A DNA stretch of 64,000 nucleotides from an uncultured Candidatus Saccharibacteria bacterium (GCA_964416665.1 CAYQFA010000001.1:40082-104081); one strand, 5' to 3'; positions 55,201-62,780 are shown, numbered from the stretch's first letter. Numbers and translations: made by a program. Notes: a model not told the origin generated them from the letters alone.

Positions 55201-56036
55201 CTACAGATGCGACGACGTTGGCAAGTGACATCGTAACCACACTGACGGGGAACTTGTCTGCTTTCGGTCTTACCGGAGCGACGATTTCTTCCAGTGGTAA
55301 TGTTGTTACCATCGTTTCTACGCACACCGCAAGTTTGGGCGCTTCGGCTGCCCTCTGGGGTGCATCGACTGTTTCGATCGCGGCCGTTAACAACGCCGGT
55401 GCCGCTGGAAGCGGTACCGCAACCACGCAGAACGTGATTGCACGCGGTGCGACGTCGAACAAGACTGCCAATGTGGCGCTCTCAAATGCGACGGGTAACC
55501 CCCAGACCACTTTGAGGACGTTGCTCGGTGTAGCGGCGACCCCTGTGACCACCTTGCCTCCGGCAAGCTTCTCGCAGATCGGTTCGCTTACCTTCACCGC
55601 GAACAGTTCTGGTGATGCGGAGCTCAATAACTTGACGCTCACGTTCAACACCACGAGCACGGCGTTCATGAACACCGTAGCCTTGCATGACCCGAGCGGT
55701 AATGACATCTACACCGTCGACCACTTTGCGACCTCCACGGTTGCGACCTCCACGACCACTGCCACAGGCACAATCACGTGGGTGTTCGCTACATCAACCA
55801 ATCCGCTTGATGTGACCGCCGGCAGTTCGTACACCTTGTCGATCTGGGGCAATTTGGCGACGATCCCGACTGTCGCAAGTCAGGGTCTGTCCCTCACTGC
55901 AACGATTGTCAACAATACCGACTTTGGCTATCTTGATGGCTCGAGTGGTACTCCGGCATTGATCAACTTGACGACGAGTCAGGCAAATACCTTGACCCCT
56001 GTAAATCTACAGTCGGGTGCGGGCTTGCCTCTCTAG
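52206..56036 (+). CDS. giant secreted cell-surface protein: signal peptide, PG_binding_1 domain, poly-Thr linker, about 1100 aa of Thr/Ser/Asn/Gly-rich beta-repeat region
   Basis: N-terminal signal peptide; peptidoglycan-binding domain GSKGADVTALQQILINGGYL…GYFGSATQKALAAFQAAKGI; TTTTTTTTTTTGGTTTTTTTGTGTT linker; degenerate internal repeats (GQTVTLTLAIDVSANLSAGNT… / GQTVNVDVYADTLSAATGT…). Confidence 0.8.
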   Translation: MSINKKLVSAVLTATTISWAVGIAALPLAQAQTTTSLQSQIAALLAQIQQLQGQLNSSGTPAMATTSYAFTKNLTVGSKGADVTALQQILINGGYLTAVSAPTGYFGSATQKALAAFQAAKGITPSAGYFGPKTMAYLASNGTTTTTTTTTTTGGTTTTTTTGTGTTVVAPATGMSVSLASTNPAAGSLISSASAGSSRVPVLAVSFTAGTAGPVTLSSVSFQKTGVLSDSAVAGAYLTQNGQVLAQYNSLNSGLLSFSGLNLSIPAGQTVTLTLAIDVSANLSAGNTTGFALESASAISAFDSNNAAVTPAGSFPLTGSTFTVTSVTNPSLAYVTIASSSIGTTVTAGTQGNIVGSWNFTVNNSPVYLQNLNFHVIGSANVTNIQNVKLMVNGTQVGQTLSSVPASGLADFSATGSAIKLNTGSNNVQVVADVTGSPSDYFQFEILNGYDVLAIDSQYNVPISVTNNGGVGTQVAIQVGQITINQDANTPTGNIAKGQSAVVLAKYDIYAAGEPVKVKFLDFNIVLGGASGQALSNEIQNVAITDDAGNQVGTSINQPPSSNVCQATNAVASYNTVSDTYSDCFGTPSSPINYIVPANTTRILSLKADIQTGASFNTITANLSGDTGNLQGMTSSQIGNTAGATGVSLTLVSSSLSVSQNNALGTQSVSAGTTNLKIGSYAFSASSAEGVNVNTVTVKLTPDSTLSAFQNLKLFVNGTQFGTTQGVLSGETNYAFSGTAFNVPAGQTVNVDVYADTLSAATGTYTPATSLVGYSGTGATSFTSVNIPANTTYTGQTVNFSGQPAITIAADSSNPPAGIIVQNTSGNTLAVFRFTETSNVENVKVTQLNVLDKVQTTSLLGNGQSKTLAAFSNVSLWNGSQELGTAASPVWDASNGGYDYNFNSFTNALVVPQGNSVSLTLKGDAGSYTNGSLSDNTTSTFEIVQTGAGSNYVAATAASSTLTVNMPSLLAAGNYSYYVTVNGITSPAQTFTAAGVSSTTDATTLASDIVTTLTGNLSAFGLTGATISSSGNVVTIVSTHTASLGASAALWGASTVSIAAVNNAGAAGSGTATTQNVIARGATSNKTANVALSNATGNPQTTLRTLLGVAATPVTTLPPASFSQIGSLTFTANSSGDAELNNLTLTFNTTSTAFMNTVALHDPSGNDIYTVDHFATSTVATSTTTATGTITWVFATSTNPLDVTAGSSYTLSIWGNLATIPTVASQGLSLTATIVNNTDFGYLDGSSGTPALINLTTSQANTLTPVNLQSGAGLPL

Positions 56037-56083
56037 TCTTGCGATCAATACCTTCGCGCGTCGCTTGTGACCTCGCGTGATAG

Positions 56084-56119
56084 AAAACTCCCCGGCGAAA
56101 GCCGGGGAGTTTTTGTTTG
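56084..56119 (+). terminator. intrinsic terminator of the giant surface-protein gene
   Basis: AAAACTCCCCGGC-GAAA-GCCGGGGAGTTTT followed by TGTTTG. Confidence 0.7.
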
Positions 56120-56132
56120 CCGCCCCCTTGTG

Positions 56133-56159
56133 TTGATTTTCCCCTGATTTTGCTATAAT
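56133..56159 (+). promoter_or_regulatory. promoter of the HU gene with extended -10
   Basis: TTGATT, 15 nt, TGCTATAAT (TG at 56151-56152, TATAAT at 56154-56159). Confidence 0.4.
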
Positions 56160-56171
56160 AATAAGGAACGA

Positions 56172-56483
56172 ATGGGCAAAGGTCGGAAAAAGCATCAACG
56201 AAAAATTATGAATAAAAAAGGATTAATCGAAGCGGTGATGAAGGCGACGGGTATCGAGACGAAGGCGGCTTCGGAACGGGCCGTCGATGCAGTGTTCGAT
56301 ACCATCGTGAAAACGATGAGTCGCGGCGAAGAAGTGGCGATCGCAGGATTCGGCACGTTCCGCGTGGCAAAGCGCGCAGCACGCGAGGGCCGCAACCCGG
56401 CGACCGGAGAGAAGATCCAGATCAAAGCTTCCATCAAACCGAAGTTTCGCGCTGGAAAGCTCCTCAAAGAAGCTGTTTTGTAA
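56172..56483 (+). CDS. hup: DNA-binding protein HU
   Basis: MNKKGLIEAVMKATGIETKAASERAVDAVFDTIVKTMSRGEEVAIAGFGTFRVAKRAAREGRNPATGEKIQIKAS…. An ATG at 56172 with a good SD (AAGGA) would add a basic 12-aa N-terminal extension. The canonical start is at 56208. Confidence 0.8.
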   Translation: MGKGRKKHQRKIMNKKGLIEAVMKATGIETKAASERAVDAVFDTIVKTMSRGEEVAIAGFGTFRVAKRAAREGRNPATGEKIQIKASIKPKFRAGKLLKEAVL

Positions 56484-56514
56484 CCATTGGAAAAGGATCC
56501 TTTTTCTAATACCA

Positions 56515-56540
56515 ATCCCGCCACCCGGCGGGATTTTGGT
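56515..56540 (+). terminator. intrinsic terminator after hup
   Basis: AATCCCGCC-ACCC-GGCGGGATT followed by TTGGTTTG. Confidence 0.6.
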
Positions 56541-56566
56541 TTGTGATCTGTGGTACAATAAAGGCA

Positions 56567-57034
56567 ATGGCAAAATTCGAGATCAAGTGGGACGCTCCGG
56601 AGTATGAACATCGTGAAAAGGATGCTTCGTGGTACTGGGCATCCATCATCATCGCCGCGGCCATCATCGTGTTCGCGGTATGGCAAAAGAATTATCTCTT
56701 CGGCATCTTCATCGTCATCGCGGAAGTGCTTTTCATCCTGTGGGGAAGCCGTCCGCCGCGCGTCCTCAATTTCGTGCTGACCGATGAGGAGCTTTCCATC
56801 CACGAGCAAAAGATACATTCGCTCAAGGAGTTTGAAAGCTGGAGCGTGAACAAGAACGATGCGACGTGGGCCGATCTCCATTTTTATTTTCGCGCGCGGT
56901 TGAAGACGCCGCTCCGGGTGATCGTTCCGATCGCGCGTCTTGATGAGGTTCGCTCGGATCTGAGGCCGGTGCTTCGGGAGATCGAGCACGAGGTGTCTCT
57001 TATTGATTCCATTGAAAAATTCCTCGGGTTCTAG
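56567..57034 (+). CDS. hypothetical 2-TM membrane protein
   Basis: ATG at 56567 (MAKFEIKWDAPEYEH…), two central hydrophobic helices, no known motifs. Confidence 0.35.
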   Translation: MAKFEIKWDAPEYEHREKDASWYWASIIIAAAIIVFAVWQKNYLFGIFIVIAEVLFILWGSRPPRVLNFVLTDEELSIHEQKIHSLKEFESWSVNKNDATWADLHFYFRARLKTPLRVIVPIARLDEVRSDLRPVLREIEHEVSLIDSIEKFLGF

Positions 57035-57042
57035 TATCGTTG

Positions 57043-57123
57043 AGCAGGAGATTAGGTTGTGCCATTTTATGACCTGCTGCGCAGACGCAACGGTCATAAA
57101 ATGGCACGACCTAATCTCCTGCT
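57043..57123 (+). repeat. conserved-loop hairpin family member C
   Basis: 32-bp stem (one G-U pair) AGCAGGAGATTAGGTTGTGCCATTTTATGACC/GGTCATAAAATGGCACGACCTAATCTCCTGCT; loop TGCTGCGCAGACGCAAC. Confidence 0.65.
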
Positions 57124-57273
57124 TCTCGTCTTTGTAAGAGCGGGGAGCGTGGGGTAAGGAGAACCCCTTACCTCACACGACGAGCCCTCGTCGTTCAACG
57201 GATAGGACGCAAGATTGCGGATCTTGTAATCGAAGTTCGATTCTTCGCGGGGGCACAAAACAGAAAGACAAAA

Positions 57274-57326
57274 CCCTCTTCTTTTCGACCGAATCGCGCG
57301 GACGCTAAAGGTCGAAAAGAAGATGG
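57274..57326 (+). repeat. divergent hairpin family member E
   Basis: Stem CCCTCTTCTTTTCGACC/GGTCGAAAAGAAGATGG (one mismatch); loop GAATCGCGCGGACGCTAAA retains the apical GCG-CGGA-CGC mini-helix. Confidence 0.45.
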
Positions 57327-57348
57327 CATTACTTGCTCTGTCCGTCAG

Positions 57349-57376
57349 TTGAAAATGGCCAGCGATAGGCTATAAT
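57349..57376 (+). promoter_or_regulatory. promoter for tRNA-Gly
   Basis: TTGAAA (57349-57354), 16 nt, TATAAT (57371-57376), about 35 nt upstream of the mature tRNA 5' end. Confidence 0.5.
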
Positions 57377-57410
57377 AGGAACTAGTTTTCTGCGCCTTGG
57401 GCGCAATGCC

Positions 57411-57482
57411 GCGGGTATCGTATAGCGGCTATTATGTAACCTTGCCAAGGTTAAGATACGGGTTCGACTCCCGTTACCCGCT
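57411..57482 (+). tRNA. tRNA-Gly(GCC); CCA not encoded
   Basis: Acceptor stem GCGGGTA/TACCCGC, anticodon loop TTGCCAA (anticodon GCC), T arm ACGGG-TTCGACT-CCCGT. Confidence 0.85.
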
Positions 57483-57484
57483 CA

Positions 57485-57579
57485 CAGACAGAACAAGCCA
57501 GAACAGAATACTCTTTTTCGACCTGCTGTGATTACACAACGGTCGAAAAAGAGTATTCTGTTCTGGCTTGTTTTGTCTG
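57485..57579 (+). repeat. conserved-loop hairpin family member D (39-bp stem), on the tRNA-Gly 3' trailer
   Basis: Arms CAGACAGAACAAGCCAGAACAGAATACTCTTTTTCGACC and GGTCGAAAAAGAGTATTCTGTTCTGGCTTGTTTTGTCTG. Loop TGCTGTGATTACACAAC. Starts 3 nt after the tRNA 3' end and is followed by a T-rich tract. Confidence 0.65.
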
Positions 57580-57613
57580 GTCTGGTTGCGGCCGAAATGG
57601 TAGAATTTTCCGC

Positions 57614-58471
57614 ATGGGAATTCTTCTCGCGCTTGTCGCGTTGCTCTCATGGGGCTTGGGAGATTTTTTGATCCAAAGGAGCACGAGAAAATTTGGGGAT
57701 TGGGTCGCTCTTTTTTACATCACGGCATTCGCGTCAATCGTTCTGCTCCCTTTTGTTTATAAGGACATCGCTCGTTCATTGGACGCTCATGGGATGTTGT
57801 TGTGGTTTGCGAGCTTCGCGATCCTGTTCGCCGGTCTTTTGGATTTCGAGGCGCTCCGGGTGGGAAAAATTTCGGTGGTAGAACCGATCTATGCGTTGGA
57901 AATTCCCGTAGCGGCCATTCTGGCGGCGTATATCATTCACGAACGGCTTAGTGTTTTGCAGATCGTTTTCGTGGCAATCCTTATGGTCGGCATTTTTCTT
58001 ATTGCCACGACGTCGTTCCAGCGGCTTAAAAAGATCAGCGCGGAACGCGGCGTGTGGCAGGCGGTTTTGGGGACCATTGCCGTGGGTATCGTGAATTTTC
58101 TGTTCGGCGTGGGATCGCGGGAAACGAGCCCGCTCATGATAAATTGGTTCACCAGTATTTTTATTGCGCTGGTCGCCCTTATTTATTTGGCCTCGACCTC
58201 GCGATTGCATGAACTTGGCGGCAACTTCAAAAACGGGAAAGCGCTCATTCTGAGCGTCGGGTTTTTTGATAATCTTGCATGGGTGACGTTTTCATACGCC
58301 ATGCTTTATATTCCAATTGCGATAGCGACCGGTATCAGCGAAGGATATATCGCTTTTGCCGGAGCGCTGGGGTTGTTCTTCAATAAGGAAAAGCTGCGCC
58401 GCCATCAATGGGCCGGTTTCTTTTTAGTGGTGATATCAGTTGTGCTATTAGCGTTCGTCACAAAGGATTGA
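57614..58471 (+). CDS. EamA/DMT-family transporter
   Basis: Ten TM helices with a duplicated EamA-like architecture. Confidence 0.6.
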   Translation: MGILLALVALLSWGLGDFLIQRSTRKFGDWVALFYITAFASIVLLPFVYKDIARSLDAHGMLLWFASFAILFAGLLDFEALRVGKISVVEPIYALEIPVAAILAAYIIHERLSVLQIVFVAILMVGIFLIATTSFQRLKKISAERGVWQAVLGTIAVGIVNFLFGVGSRETSPLMINWFTSIFIALVALIYLASTSRLHELGGNFKNGKALILSVGFFDNLAWVTFSYAMLYIPIAIATGISEGYIAFAGALGLFFNKEKLRRHQWAGFFLVVISVVLLAFVTKD

Positions 58472-58479
58472 GATAACAT

Positions 58480-58537
58480 AAACACCCCCTTCTTCAAAAG
58501 CATTATTCTTATCATGCTTTTGAAGAAGGGGGTGTTT
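58480..58537. terminator. bidirectional intrinsic terminator between convergent EamA gene and glmS; overlaps the glmS stop codon
   Basis: Perfect 24-bp stem AAACACCCCCTTCTTCAAAAGCAT/ATGCTTTTGAAGAAGGGGGTGTTT with a 10-nt loop, flanked by an A-run on one side and a T-run on the other. Confidence 0.7.
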
Positions 58538-60380
58538 ATTCTACCGTTACCGATTTCGCCAGATTTCGTGGCTTGTCCACATCGCATCCGCGCGCGACGG
58601 CAACGTGATAGGCGAAAAGATAAACGGGGATCGCGGCGAGGATAGGCATGAGCGCCTCGTGGCAATCGGGGATAGCGATGACGTCGTCGGTCCAGGCGCG
58701 CAACTCGGCTGCGGCAGCGCCAGCGGTCGTGAGCGCGATGACCGGCCCGCCGCGCGCCTTCACTTCTTCGAGGTTCGATTTGGTTTTCTCGTAGGTCTTG
58801 TCTTGGGGAATGATAAAGAACGTCGGCGTCTGTGCATCGATCATCGCGATCGGCCCATGTTTAAACTCGCCCGCGGCGCACCCTTCGGCATGCAGATAGC
58901 CGACCTCCTTCAGTTTGAGCGCGCCCTCAAGCGCGATAGGGAAGTTGTGGTTGCGTCCGAGGAAGAACATGTGCTGGACATGCGCGTATTTTTCCGCGGT
59001 TGCTTTTATTGTCGGTTCCTGTTCGAGGACTTTTTTGAGGAGCATCGGCAGAAGTTCAATTTCTAAAGATATCTTTTCCGCTCCAACGGCGTTTTCGTTT
59101 TCGCGCCGCCGCGCCATTTCCGCTGTGATCAACGTGAGCACGGTGAGTTGCGAGATAAACGCCTTCGTCGAAGCGACGCTGATCTCCGGTCCTGCGTGGT
59201 TATAGATGACGGCGTCGGTTTCCCGCGCGATGGTCGATCCGACCGTGTTCACGATGCCGAGCGTGCGCGCGCCACGCCGCTTTGCTTCGCGGATCGAGGC
59301 CAGCGTGTCTGCGGTCTCGCCTGACTGCGAGATGGCGATGGCGAGCGTTTTGGGGCGGAGCGGCGCCTTCCGATAGCGAAATTCGGAGCCGATATCAACT
59401 TCGACGGGGATATTGGCGTAGGCTTCAAGAAGGTATTTCCCGACGTATCCCGCGTGCGCCGCGGTGCCGCAGGCGACGATCGTGATATTCTCGATATCAT
59501 GCATGGCTTCGACGGCTGCGCCGAGCGTTTTGCCGTTCGCGCGCAGCGCGTTCACGACCACATCCGGCGCCTCAAAGATCTCTTTGTGCATAAAATGAGG
59601 GTGGCCATTTTTTCCCGCGTCCTCGAGGGTGACGGTCAGCGTCCGTACCGCATGCTCAACCTTTTTTCCATCAAGCGTTTCGATGGCAAGATTACCAGCT
59701 CCGACTTCAGCGATTTCTCCGTCATCGAGATAGATGACTTTTTTGGTGCGACTTAGGATCGCCGATGCATCCGAGGCGATGATGTTCTCGCCGTCGCCCA
59801 CGCCGATGATGAGCGGGCTCGCGCTTCGCGCGCAGACGATCGTTTTCGGATCGTTCGCGGCGATCGCGGCGATCGCGTAAGTGCCGCGTATTTCTTTAAG
59901 GGCACGCTGTGCGGCGTGGAAGAGTCCATGCTCGTCGCCCTCGTCATCCTCCGATTTTTTGCGATGATATTTTTCGATCAGGTGCGCGAGGACTTCCGTG
60001 TCGGTGTCCGAAGAAAATCGGTGCCCGTCGGATATCAGGTCTTTCTTGAGCTCCGCATAATTTTCGATGATGCCGTTATGGACGACAAGAATGGTGCCGC
60101 TGCAGTCGGCGTGAGGATGCGCGTTCCTTTCTGACGGCGCACCATGGGTCGCCCAACGTGTGTGCGCAATACCGATATGGGCCTTTTGTGCGCCGCCGTT
60201 ATCGCTGAGCTTCGCTTCCAGATTTGCGACCCGTCCGGCGGCGCGGATCCAAAGAACTTTGCCGTCGGTTATCGCTGCGACACCCGCTGAATCGTAGCCT
60301 CGATATTCAAGCCGCTTCAAACCGTCCACCAGAATGGGGATCACGTTCTCGTCGCCGATGTAGCCGATGATGCCGCACAT
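58536..60380 (-). CDS. glmS: glutamine--fructose-6-phosphate aminotransferase
   Basis: N-terminal MCGIIGY (Ntn glutaminase), two SIS domains, and C-terminal …KSVTVE. The ATG at 60380 gives the canonical Cys2 start; the track ORF starts 8 codons upstream. Confidence 0.9.
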   Translation of the reverse strand: MCGIIGYIGDENVIPILVDGLKRLEYRGYDSAGVAAITDGKVLWIRAAGRVANLEAKLSDNGGAQKAHIGIAHTRWATHGAPSERNAHPHADCSGTILVVHNGIIENYAELKKDLISDGHRFSSDTDTEVLAHLIEKYHRKKSEDDEGDEHGLFHAAQRALKEIRGTYAIAAIAANDPKTIVCARSASPLIIGVGDGENIIASDASAILSRTKKVIYLDDGEIAEVGAGNLAIETLDGKKVEHAVRTLTVTLEDAGKNGHPHFMHKEIFEAPDVVVNALRANGKTLGAAVEAMHDIENITIVACGTAAHAGYVGKYLLEAYANIPVEVDIGSEFRYRKAPLRPKTLAIAISQSGETADTLASIREAKRRGARTLGIVNTVGSTIARETDAVIYNHAGPEISVASTKAFISQLTVLTLITAEMARRRENENAVGAEKISLEIELLPMLLKKVLEQEPTIKATAEKYAHVQHMFFLGRNHNFPIALEGALKLKEVGYLHAEGCAAGEFKHGPIAMIDAQTPTFFIIPQDKTYEKTKSNLEEVKARGGPVIALTTAGAAAAELRAWTDDVIAIPDCHEALMPILAAIPVYLFAYHVAVARGCDVDKPRNLAKSVTVE

Positions 60381-60494
60381 GATTCGAGCATACCCGAAAA
60401 TCATTGCGAGCGCCTTTCACAGCACCGCGTGCGGCAACCGACTTCGGTGGGGATAATTTGACCATCCGCGTAAAGCACAATACAATCAGGAGTA

Positions 60495-61088
60495 ATGATC
60501 CTCTCCGACCGCGATATTAAAAAGTCATTAAAGGAGGGCCGTATTGTCATCGACCCGATGTTTCCGGGCTCGCTCCAGCCGGCATCGGTCGATCTGCATC
60601 TTGGCGGCAACTTTCTCGTTTTCAGGACCGATAATCATGTCTGCATCGATCCAAAAGAGCCAATCGACCACATGATGGAACCCGTGAAGATCGATGCCAG
60701 GAGACAGTTCGTCATCCACCCCGGCGAATTCAGCCTGGGCATGACCTACGAAACGGTCGGCGTCGCCGACGACATGGTCGGGCGGTTGGAAGGGAAGTCC
60801 TCTCTCGGCAGGATGGGCCTTATCATTCACGCGACGGCAGGATATTTAGATCCCGGAAACAAACTTAAGATGACGCTTGAATTCCATAATATTTCTCCGT
60901 TGCCGATCAAGCTTTATTACAAGATGCCGATCGCACAAATATCGTTCACGCCGCTTTCCTCGCACGCCGATCATCCGTATGGAAGATCGAAGCTTGGCAG
61001 CAAATATTTCGGCGATACGAAGCCGCAGGCGTCTCACTATTGGAGAAATTTCAAAAAGAACAACGATTGGATGACCTTCGGAAAATAA
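60495..61088 (+). CDS. dcd: dCTP deaminase
   Basis: MILSDRDIKKSL…PASVDLHLG…GKSSLGRMGL, the dCTP deaminase/dUTPase-fold signature. Confidence 0.8.
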   Translation: MILSDRDIKKSLKEGRIVIDPMFPGSLQPASVDLHLGGNFLVFRTDNHVCIDPKEPIDHMMEPVKIDARRQFVIHPGEFSLGMTYETVGVADDMVGRLEGKSSLGRMGLIIHATAGYLDPGNKLKMTLEFHNISPLPIKLYYKMPIAQISFTPLSSHADHPYGRSKLGSKYFGDTKPQASHYWRNFKKNNDWMTFGK

Positions 61089-62776
61089 TGTCGGAAAACG
61101 ATATTATCGCCTATAAGCCGGATTTTCCCGCCGAGGAGTGGTCGGCCGAGGAGCGGTTTTTGTTGTCTCCTTTTGCAAGCGATCTTGACGGATTTATTTC
61201 CGTCATGCGCAATCTTCCGCCGGAGATCGTCGGCGCGTTGTGCTCGCGCGCGAGTCGCGCATCGGGATCGCTGGTCCGCATTCTGCACGACGAATATTTT
61301 CAGCCGATCCTTCAGGGCGATCCTGCGCTCGCGCAGGAACTGCGCGATACGATCGCCTTCATCGGCGAGCACGGGTTCAAGAACATTTTGAACAACCAAC
61401 GCGCGCAATCATTCTACGCGAAATGGCTTTCGCAATACGGCGACGATTCCATCGCGCAGATGACAGGCACCCACGTGATCTTCTGGGGGATCTCACAGGT
61501 TGCCATGAAGTATATCGAGGACCAGCGCGTAGGGCTCGAGCCGATCGAAAAATCGACGCGATACGTCGCATTCGGCAAAAAGATCGGCGGCAATTATCTT
61601 TACTACACCCCGAAGCCGGACCTCGAGAAGCTGGGACTCCTTGAAAATTATCGCGCGGTTCTGGACGGATTGTTCGATGAATATGCCGCGTTGGTGGAGG
61701 AGATGAAGGCCTGGTTCAAGGCGAACTACGACGAAAAGGATGGCGTGCTCGAGAAGAAGGCATTCGACACCCTGCGCGGCATGCTTCCGATGGCGACGCT
61801 CGGGCAGGTGGCGTTCCGCGGCAATGCGCAGGCGCTTGAATATGCGATAAACCGCACGGCACAGCATGAGCTTGGCGAATTCCGCTGGATCGCCCATACC
61901 CTCAAGCAGGAACTTGATAAGGAGATCCCGTCGCTTTTGCTCAGGGCGAACGATGAGAAAACGAAACGGTACCAGGGATATCTCGCCGGACGGACGGCGG
62001 CCGTGCGCGAGGCGATAAAAAAGACCGCGCCGGAACTTTTTGCCGACGAGGTTCCGCCGACGCATCCGGTGGTCGAGCTGACGGAATACGATCACGATGC
62101 GGAAGATAAAGTGCTCGCCGGTATTTTATATGCCTCAAGCAACCACGGTTGGAGCGAGTGCCTGGCGAAGGCAAAGAGGTTTTCTCCCGAAGAAAGATCC
62201 GGCACGCTCAACGCCTATCTTTCCGGCCGTGATGCGCGTTGGCAAAAGATTGGCCGTGCTTTCGAAAATGCTTTTGTACGTTTCGATATTCTTATGGATA
62301 TCGGGTCGTACCGCGACCTTCATCGCCATCGTATGATGACGCAGGAGCGCCAACTCTTTTCCGTAAGGCACGGCTATGATGTACCAAAGGAGGTCATTGA
62401 TGCCGGATTCGAGAAGCGTTATCGCGCCGCGCTCGATTCGGTCAAGCCTCTTTTTGCCGCGATCGAAAAGAACTCGCCCCAACTCGCGCAATATCTTGTT
62501 CCTCTCGCGTACCGCGTGCGCTTCTATCAATATGAAAATCTGCGCCAGTTCTTTTGGGAAGCTGAATTACGCACCGGTCCGCAGGGCCATCCGAGCTATC
62601 GTTTCATTGAACAGGAAAAATATCGTCTTCTTAAGGACAAGCTGCCCCTCATCGGTAAATTCATGCTGGTTGATATGAACAACTACGACTTCGCGCGCCG
62701 CGGCACCGAAGAGGCGATAGCGGCGAAGGAAGAAAAGATCAAGCAACGACTTCAGGAACGTTCGGAGCAGGGATAG
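61088..62776 (+). CDS. thyX: FAD-dependent thymidylate synthase ThyX, long form (C-terminal ThyX domain with about 330-aa N-terminal extension)
   Basis: ThyX RHR motif DLHRHRMMTQERQLFS sits in the C-terminal third. The ATG at 61088 overlaps the dcd stop (TAATG). Confidence 0.55.
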   Translation: MSENDIIAYKPDFPAEEWSAEERFLLSPFASDLDGFISVMRNLPPEIVGALCSRASRASGSLVRILHDEYFQPILQGDPALAQELRDTIAFIGEHGFKNILNNQRAQSFYAKWLSQYGDDSIAQMTGTHVIFWGISQVAMKYIEDQRVGLEPIEKSTRYVAFGKKIGGNYLYYTPKPDLEKLGLLENYRAVLDGLFDEYAALVEEMKAWFKANYDEKDGVLEKKAFDTLRGMLPMATLGQVAFRGNAQALEYAINRTAQHELGEFRWIAHTLKQELDKEIPSLLLRANDEKTKRYQGYLAGRTAAVREAIKKTAPELFADEVPPTHPVVELTEYDHDAEDKVLAGILYASSNHGWSECLAKAKRFSPEERSGTLNAYLSGRDARWQKIGRAFENAFVRFDILMDIGSYRDLHRHRMMTQERQLFSVRHGYDVPKEVIDAGFEKRYRAALDSVKPLFAAIEKNSPQLAQYLVPLAYRVRFYQYENLRQFFWEAELRTGPQGHPSYRFIEQEKYRLLKDKLPLIGKFMLVDMNNYDFARRGTEEAIAAKEEKIKQRLQERSEQG

Positions 62777-62780
62777 TCTT

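Noticed and set aside
51197-56036. Diversity-generating retroelement (Avd-like helical protein next to a large variable surface protein)
   Set aside because: No reverse transcriptase gene. No template/variable repeat pair with A-to-N differences detectable in the surface-protein gene. The helical domain assignment is itself uncertain.
57124-57348. tmRNA, RNase P RNA or SRP RNA in the structured region upstream of tRNA-Gly
   Set aside because: None of the hallmark sequences were found: the RNase P P4 GGAAAGUCCGG, the SRP domain IV GGAAGCAGCC-type motif, or a tmRNA tag ORF with tRNA-like 3' end.
60381-60494. glmS ribozyme upstream of glmS
   Set aside because: The leader is only about 110 nt and lacks the conserved ribozyme core. 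It is a divergent promoter region shared with dcd.
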